Shown here one piece after another: positions 56,371 to 59,528 of a stretch of 59,528 nucleotides of DNA. A program made the translations under genes and the position numbers. Position 1 is the stretch's first letter. Every line of letters begins with the position of its first letter. A model generated the notes under the pieces. It saw only the letters and a program-made list of their open reading frames with translations, was not told the origin of the DNA and ran no database searches. This DNA comes from a virus (taxonomy: Duplodnaviria; Caudoviricetes), in the IMG/VR virus record IMGVR_UViG_3300003885_000003, positions 1 to 59,528 of that record; one strand, given 5' to 3'.

Positions 56371-57015
56371 TTGAGCATGAAATTAACCGACAAACTGAAC
56401 GAATTAGAGGACAGCGCCATCGACGTTATTGGCGTTTTCGGCCCCTGGCTAGGCCCCCTGCCAAGCGCTTACCTGGTTGGCGCAGCAGCTATCAAATATC
56501 TTGGTTGGCCGCCTGTCATCGCCCTGGTTGCGGCCGTTGCCGTCGAATCAATTGGTGTATTGTCGGTTGTTTTGGCACTGCGTCTCTATGAGTGGAATGA
56601 GACAAAAAACAAAACTGATCCTACTGCGCCGTTGTGGTTGGCTGTGTCGCTGGTTGCATTTTATTTTGTGGTGACGATTGGTCTCACTGTGATGCTGGAT
56701 GTAATACCGGAATTGGCCCGATACGCGCCTGCTGTGTTCCCTTTATTGGCGGCCGTTGGTGCGGTAAACATCGCTATTAAAAACGGCCAGCGACGGCGTG
56801 AGGCTGAAAAGCTGGCTAAAAAATCTGAGCGATACAGCCAGCGAAACCAGCCAGCGAAACCAGCGAACCGAGCGAGCGAACCGGTGAGCAAATTCGCTTA
56901 TATTTGCTCATGCGGTCGAGAGTTTGACAGTCAGAACGCATTGAATGGTCATAAGCGAACGTGCAAAACATCAGCGAATGGTCAGCGAAAAGTCAGCGAA
57001 AAGTCAGCGAATTGA
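56371..57015 (+). CDS. Four-TM membrane protein (DUF2637/Spd-like) with C-terminal C2H2-like Zn finger
   Basis: Four TM helices; CSCGREF.SQNALNGH..C; CAGCGAA repeats in the 3' part. Confidence 0.7.
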   Translation: MSMKLTDKLNELEDSAIDVIGVFGPWLGPLPSAYLVGAAAIKYLGWPPVIALVAAVAVESIGVLSVVLALRLYEWNETKNKTDPTAPLWLAVSLVAFYFVVTIGLTVMLDVIPELARYAPAVFPLLAAVGAVNIAIKNGQRRREAEKLAKKSERYSQRNQPAKPANRASEPVSKFAYICSCGREFDSQNALNGHKRTCKTSANGQRKVSEKSAN

Positions 57016-57026
57016 GGATGATGCGA

Positions 57027-57277
57027 TGATTGACACTATCATGCAAACGGCCGTAACGTGGTCAGAATTAACGCGGTTACTTGTGGCTGCCGGGTGGGTT
57101 GTTTTCTGCATGTATTGCCTAATTGTTATTCGTGGTTTTTGGAATTCGTGGTTTGCGGCTAGTCCAGTCACTGCTGCGCTGCTAGGCTGGCCGCTGTTGG
57201 TGTTAGGCTGTGCGTTTTGGGGCATCATGGCTTTGGGCGGCGTGGCCGTAATTATTAACAGCGTATATTTTTATTAA
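57027..57277 (+). CDS. Small membrane protein
   Basis: Two TM helices; GAGG SD. Confidence 0.6.
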
Positions 57278-57290
57278 ATGGAGGTGGATA

Positions 57291-57473
57291 ATGAATGATG
57301 GCACAAAGGTCAGAATAACCCAACTCTCACTTATGGTCGGGATCATCTTAGCAGTGACTGGCTACATGCTCATGATCCAATACAACGGGTTGAGCCTAAT
57401 TGTACTGCCAGTCGGCACAGGGATGACATGGTTTGCGGTGGCAACGGCCGTATACCGTAGGTTAAAGCAATGA
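57291..57473 (+). CDS. Small two-TM protein
   Basis: GGAGG SD. Confidence 0.65.
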   Translation: MNDGTKVRITQLSLMVGIILAVTGYMLMIQYNGLSLIVLPVGTGMTWFAVATAVYRRLKQ

Positions 57474-57649
57474 ATGACAGCACAAAGGTAAAACTAAACC
57501 AATTAGCATTCCTAACCAGTATCTTCATAACTGCGACTGGTTGCAAGCTCGTAATCCAATACAATTACTTTGGCCTGCTTGTGCTGATAATTGGCATAGG
57601 GTTGCTATTTTTTGCGGTGACAATAGCCGCAAACTGCGAATTCAAATAG
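57470..57649 (+). CDS. Small two-TM protein, paralog of the previous gene (not in ORF track)
   Basis: MNDSTKVKLNQL...IQYN versus MNDGTKVRITQL...IQYN; ATGA overlap. Confidence 0.65.
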   Translation: MNDSTKVKLNQLAFLTSIFITATGCKLVIQYNYFGLLVLIIGIGLLFFAVTIAANCEFK

Positions 57650-57669
57650 TGATTAAAAAAAGGAGAATA

Positions 57670-57933
57670 ATGGACAACTATTTACTCGAAGACTTAGCAG
57701 AAGTTCGGCATGACATATGGTTGCGTGAACAAATAGCAGAAGTTCAGCATGACATATGGTCACATTGGATGAAATACATGTTTTCGCAAGGCGTAATGCA
57801 GGATGGTTCTTGGCTTATGCCAGAAGAAAAGGTCTTGCGTTGGAAGCGACAAATGAAAACCGCTTATTCTGATCTAACAGAAAATGAGCGCGAATCTGAT
57901 AGGGATCAAGCTGACAAGATTCTGGAAATTTAA
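57670..57933 (+). CDS. Conserved phage hypothetical protein
   Basis: AEVQHDIWSHWMKYMFS...RWKRQM.T.YSDL.E.E.ESDR; AGGAG SD. Confidence 0.75.
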   Translation: MDNYLLEDLAEVRHDIWLREQIAEVQHDIWSHWMKYMFSQGVMQDGSWLMPEEKVLRWKRQMKTAYSDLTENERESDRDQADKILEI

Positions 57934-58041
57934 TTATAATTGATGGTATACGGCCGTATACCGCAGATTCAAATAGTGAGTTGTCCAGTATTACTGGACA
58001 ACTCAGGAGAGTATAAAAATGGTAAAACGACAGTTAAAGCA

Positions 58042-58251
58042 ATGAAAAAACAAACGAAATACGAACGCCTTCTGACTGACTTAAGCCGGCTTGCTGGAAC
58101 AGAGATTACTGGTGGAACGCTGAACGTAACGTTGCCTGATGGTACAACACAAGTCTGTATTGATTATGCAGATGGCACGAGCCAATATTTTACTGGTCGC
58201 GATGCAGCCGCATTGCAAAAAATGGCAGACGAACATGAGAGAGGTAAATAA
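58042..58251 (+). CDS. Hypothetical protein
   Basis: MKKQTKYER; TAATG overlap with the next gene. Confidence 0.5.
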   Translation: MKKQTKYERLLTDLSRLAGTEITGGTLNVTLPDGTTQVCIDYADGTSQYFTGRDAAALQKMADEHERGK

Positions 58252-58427
58252 TGAAAAAAAGCGATACGAAAAAGTGGCACGACGAAATGAGTAGGCTTGG
58301 CTGGCAGCCAGTAATTGAGGACGGTGAGGTTATTCAGTATCGTCATCCAAAAACGTTAAACACCATCAATAAAAATGTGTTCAACACATGGATGGAAATG
58401 ATGATAAAGGGCATTGATAAATCATGA
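58251..58427 (+). CDS. Small protein, paralog of the next gene (not in ORF track)
   Basis: WH..M.R.GW..V...G.V.QY..P shared with 58424..58630. Confidence 0.6.
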   Translation: MKKSDTKKWHDEMSRLGWQPVIEDGEVIQYRHPKTLNTINKNVFNTWMEMMIKGIDKS

Positions 58428-58630
58428 CACACGACCGAGACACACAACAAGCATCGAGCTATGATAGATGGCATAATCAAATGATTAGAGCGGGGTGGGT
58501 ATCTGTTCAAGGTTTATACGGCAATGTTGTTCAGTATCAGTATCCCCGGCGGGGGGGGAAGCATATCGTGATAAAGTCGGCAGAGTTTGCGCCGTGGGTA
58601 GAGCTTGAGCAAACGCCGCCGCCGTTTTAG
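58424..58630 (+). CDS. Small hypothetical protein
   Basis: ATGA overlap. Confidence 0.6.
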   Translation: MTHDRDTQQASSYDRWHNQMIRAGWVSVQGLYGNVVQYQYPRRGGKHIVIKSAEFAPWVELEQTPPPF

Positions 58631-58638
58631 GAGAACTC

Positions 58639-59019
58639 ATGAATATAGAAGATTTGCATGATGGGCAGAAAAGTATAATTATCGTTTCTTTGATGGGCAG
58701 ATTGATTAAGGATTCACAAAATCCAAAATTGTATGGAATGCAGACATGGCAACCAATTTCCTACGATGAGCCAGGGGAAACGGTGAAAAAATTTCCTGTC
58801 CCTAATTTCTACAATCCGCAAAATATGCAATATGCGTGGCGCGTATTGAATTGGGTATGGGGATCACGTCTCGCAGAACAGTATTTGCAATGGCGATTAG
58901 AGAGAGATGAAACACCTGAGACCATGCCGCCGAACCTTGCAGTACAACTATGGCTCGATAAAATTTTAGAGCTTGCTAACGAAAATGGAATGATTGATTG
59001 GCGTAAGTTTGAGTGGTAG
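58639..59019 (+). CDS. Hypothetical protein
   Basis: AGGAG SD. Confidence 0.65.
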   Translation: MNIEDLHDGQKSIIIVSLMGRLIKDSQNPKLYGMQTWQPISYDEPGETVKKFPVPNFYNPQNMQYAWRVLNWVWGSRLAEQYLQWRLERDETPETMPPNLAVQLWLDKILELANENGMIDWRKFEW

Positions 59020-59043
59020 AGCCGGCCGTTTTAGGAGAATATT

Positions 59044-59226
59044 ATGGATGATTTTGAACCTGACGTGATTAGCAAAACATGGAAATGTTTCCGGGTAGAG
59101 AAGTTCAATAATGATTGTGTTGGATTTGGTCTTTGGATTATGCTTGGCATTCCATTTGAAAACACGTTACTCATGATTGGTTTTGATTTTATGATGCGCG
59201 GGTATCGGTTAGAAATTTTACGGTAG
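59044..59226 (+). CDS. Hypothetical protein
   Basis: AGGAG SD. Confidence 0.55.
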   Translation: MDDFEPDVISKTWKCFRVEKFNNDCVGFGLWIMLGIPFENTLLMIGFDFMMRGYRLEILR

Positions 59227-59261
59227 GGGGATAGGCCGCCGCCGTTTTAGAGAGGCAAACA

Positions 59262-59477
59262 ATGTTCAATGTTATTAGATTGTTTTTAGTTCGGCAGATA
59301 AGAGATTTAATATGGTGGTTTCGGATTTCCAAGAAAGAAATACCCGAAAGATTTTGGATGTTTTTGGCGTGGCTGCTGCCTAGAAAATTGGTGATGTGGG
59401 CTACCATTCGCCTGATTGCTAATGCAACACAGGATGAATATGGAAGCACATGGGTGGGGGGATCATGTATACTATAG
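59262..59477 (+). CDS. Hypothetical protein, possibly 3'-truncated
   Basis: GAGG SD; runs into the cassette-1 promoter. Confidence 0.55.
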   Translation: MFNVIRLFLVRQIRDLIWWFRISKKEIPERFWMFLAWLLPRKLVMWATIRLIANATQDEYGSTWVGGSCIL

Positions 59478-59528
59478 TTAGATTTTGAGACATTAACCAA
59501 TAGGAGCAAGTAAAATGAATGAACCAAT
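59438..59528. repeat. Terminal direct repeat / assembly overlap, copy 2
   Basis: Identical to positions 1-91. Confidence 0.95.

Noticed and set aside
1-59528. tRNA, rRNA, integrase or DNA polymerase genes
   Set aside because: None recognised by eye; tRNAscan and HMM searches are needed to exclude divergent ones

Overview
The window is an apparently complete, circularly assembled tailed dsDNA phage genome of about 59,437 bp (positions 1-91 are identical to 59438-59528). It is siphovirus-like, with a Mu-type head module (terminase, portal, ChaB-protease/scaffold, gpT-like capsid), tail tube, frameshifted tail chaperone, tape measure and tail-tip genes on the minus strand. It also has a leftward replication/SSB/methylase operon and a rightward operon of regulators, DNA-modification genes and membrane genes. 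Thr/Pro-rich secreted proteins and the glycosidase repertoire suggest a Chloroflexota (Anaerolineae-like) host; this is inference. No integrase was recognised. The main unexplained signals are: (1) the palindrome ACGGCCGT, present at least 55 times by manual count, HIP1-like; (2) a modular endolysin whose GH25 domain is split by a 2.4-kb oppositely oriented gene cassette; (3) a family of such cassettes sharing tandem TGTA-N8-TACA boxes at a fixed distance from a TATACT box and a conserved terminal hairpin; (4) a type II hammerhead ribozyme; (5) three anti-Shine-Dalgarno sRNA candidates plus C4/CI-like structured leaders; (6) a GNAT + TGT/DpdA-like gene pair; and (7) an FtsK/TraB-like ATPase followed by clt-like repeats and Spd-like membrane genes, resembling actinomycete intramycelial DNA-spreading modules. 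All family assignments come from motif reading, not database searches.
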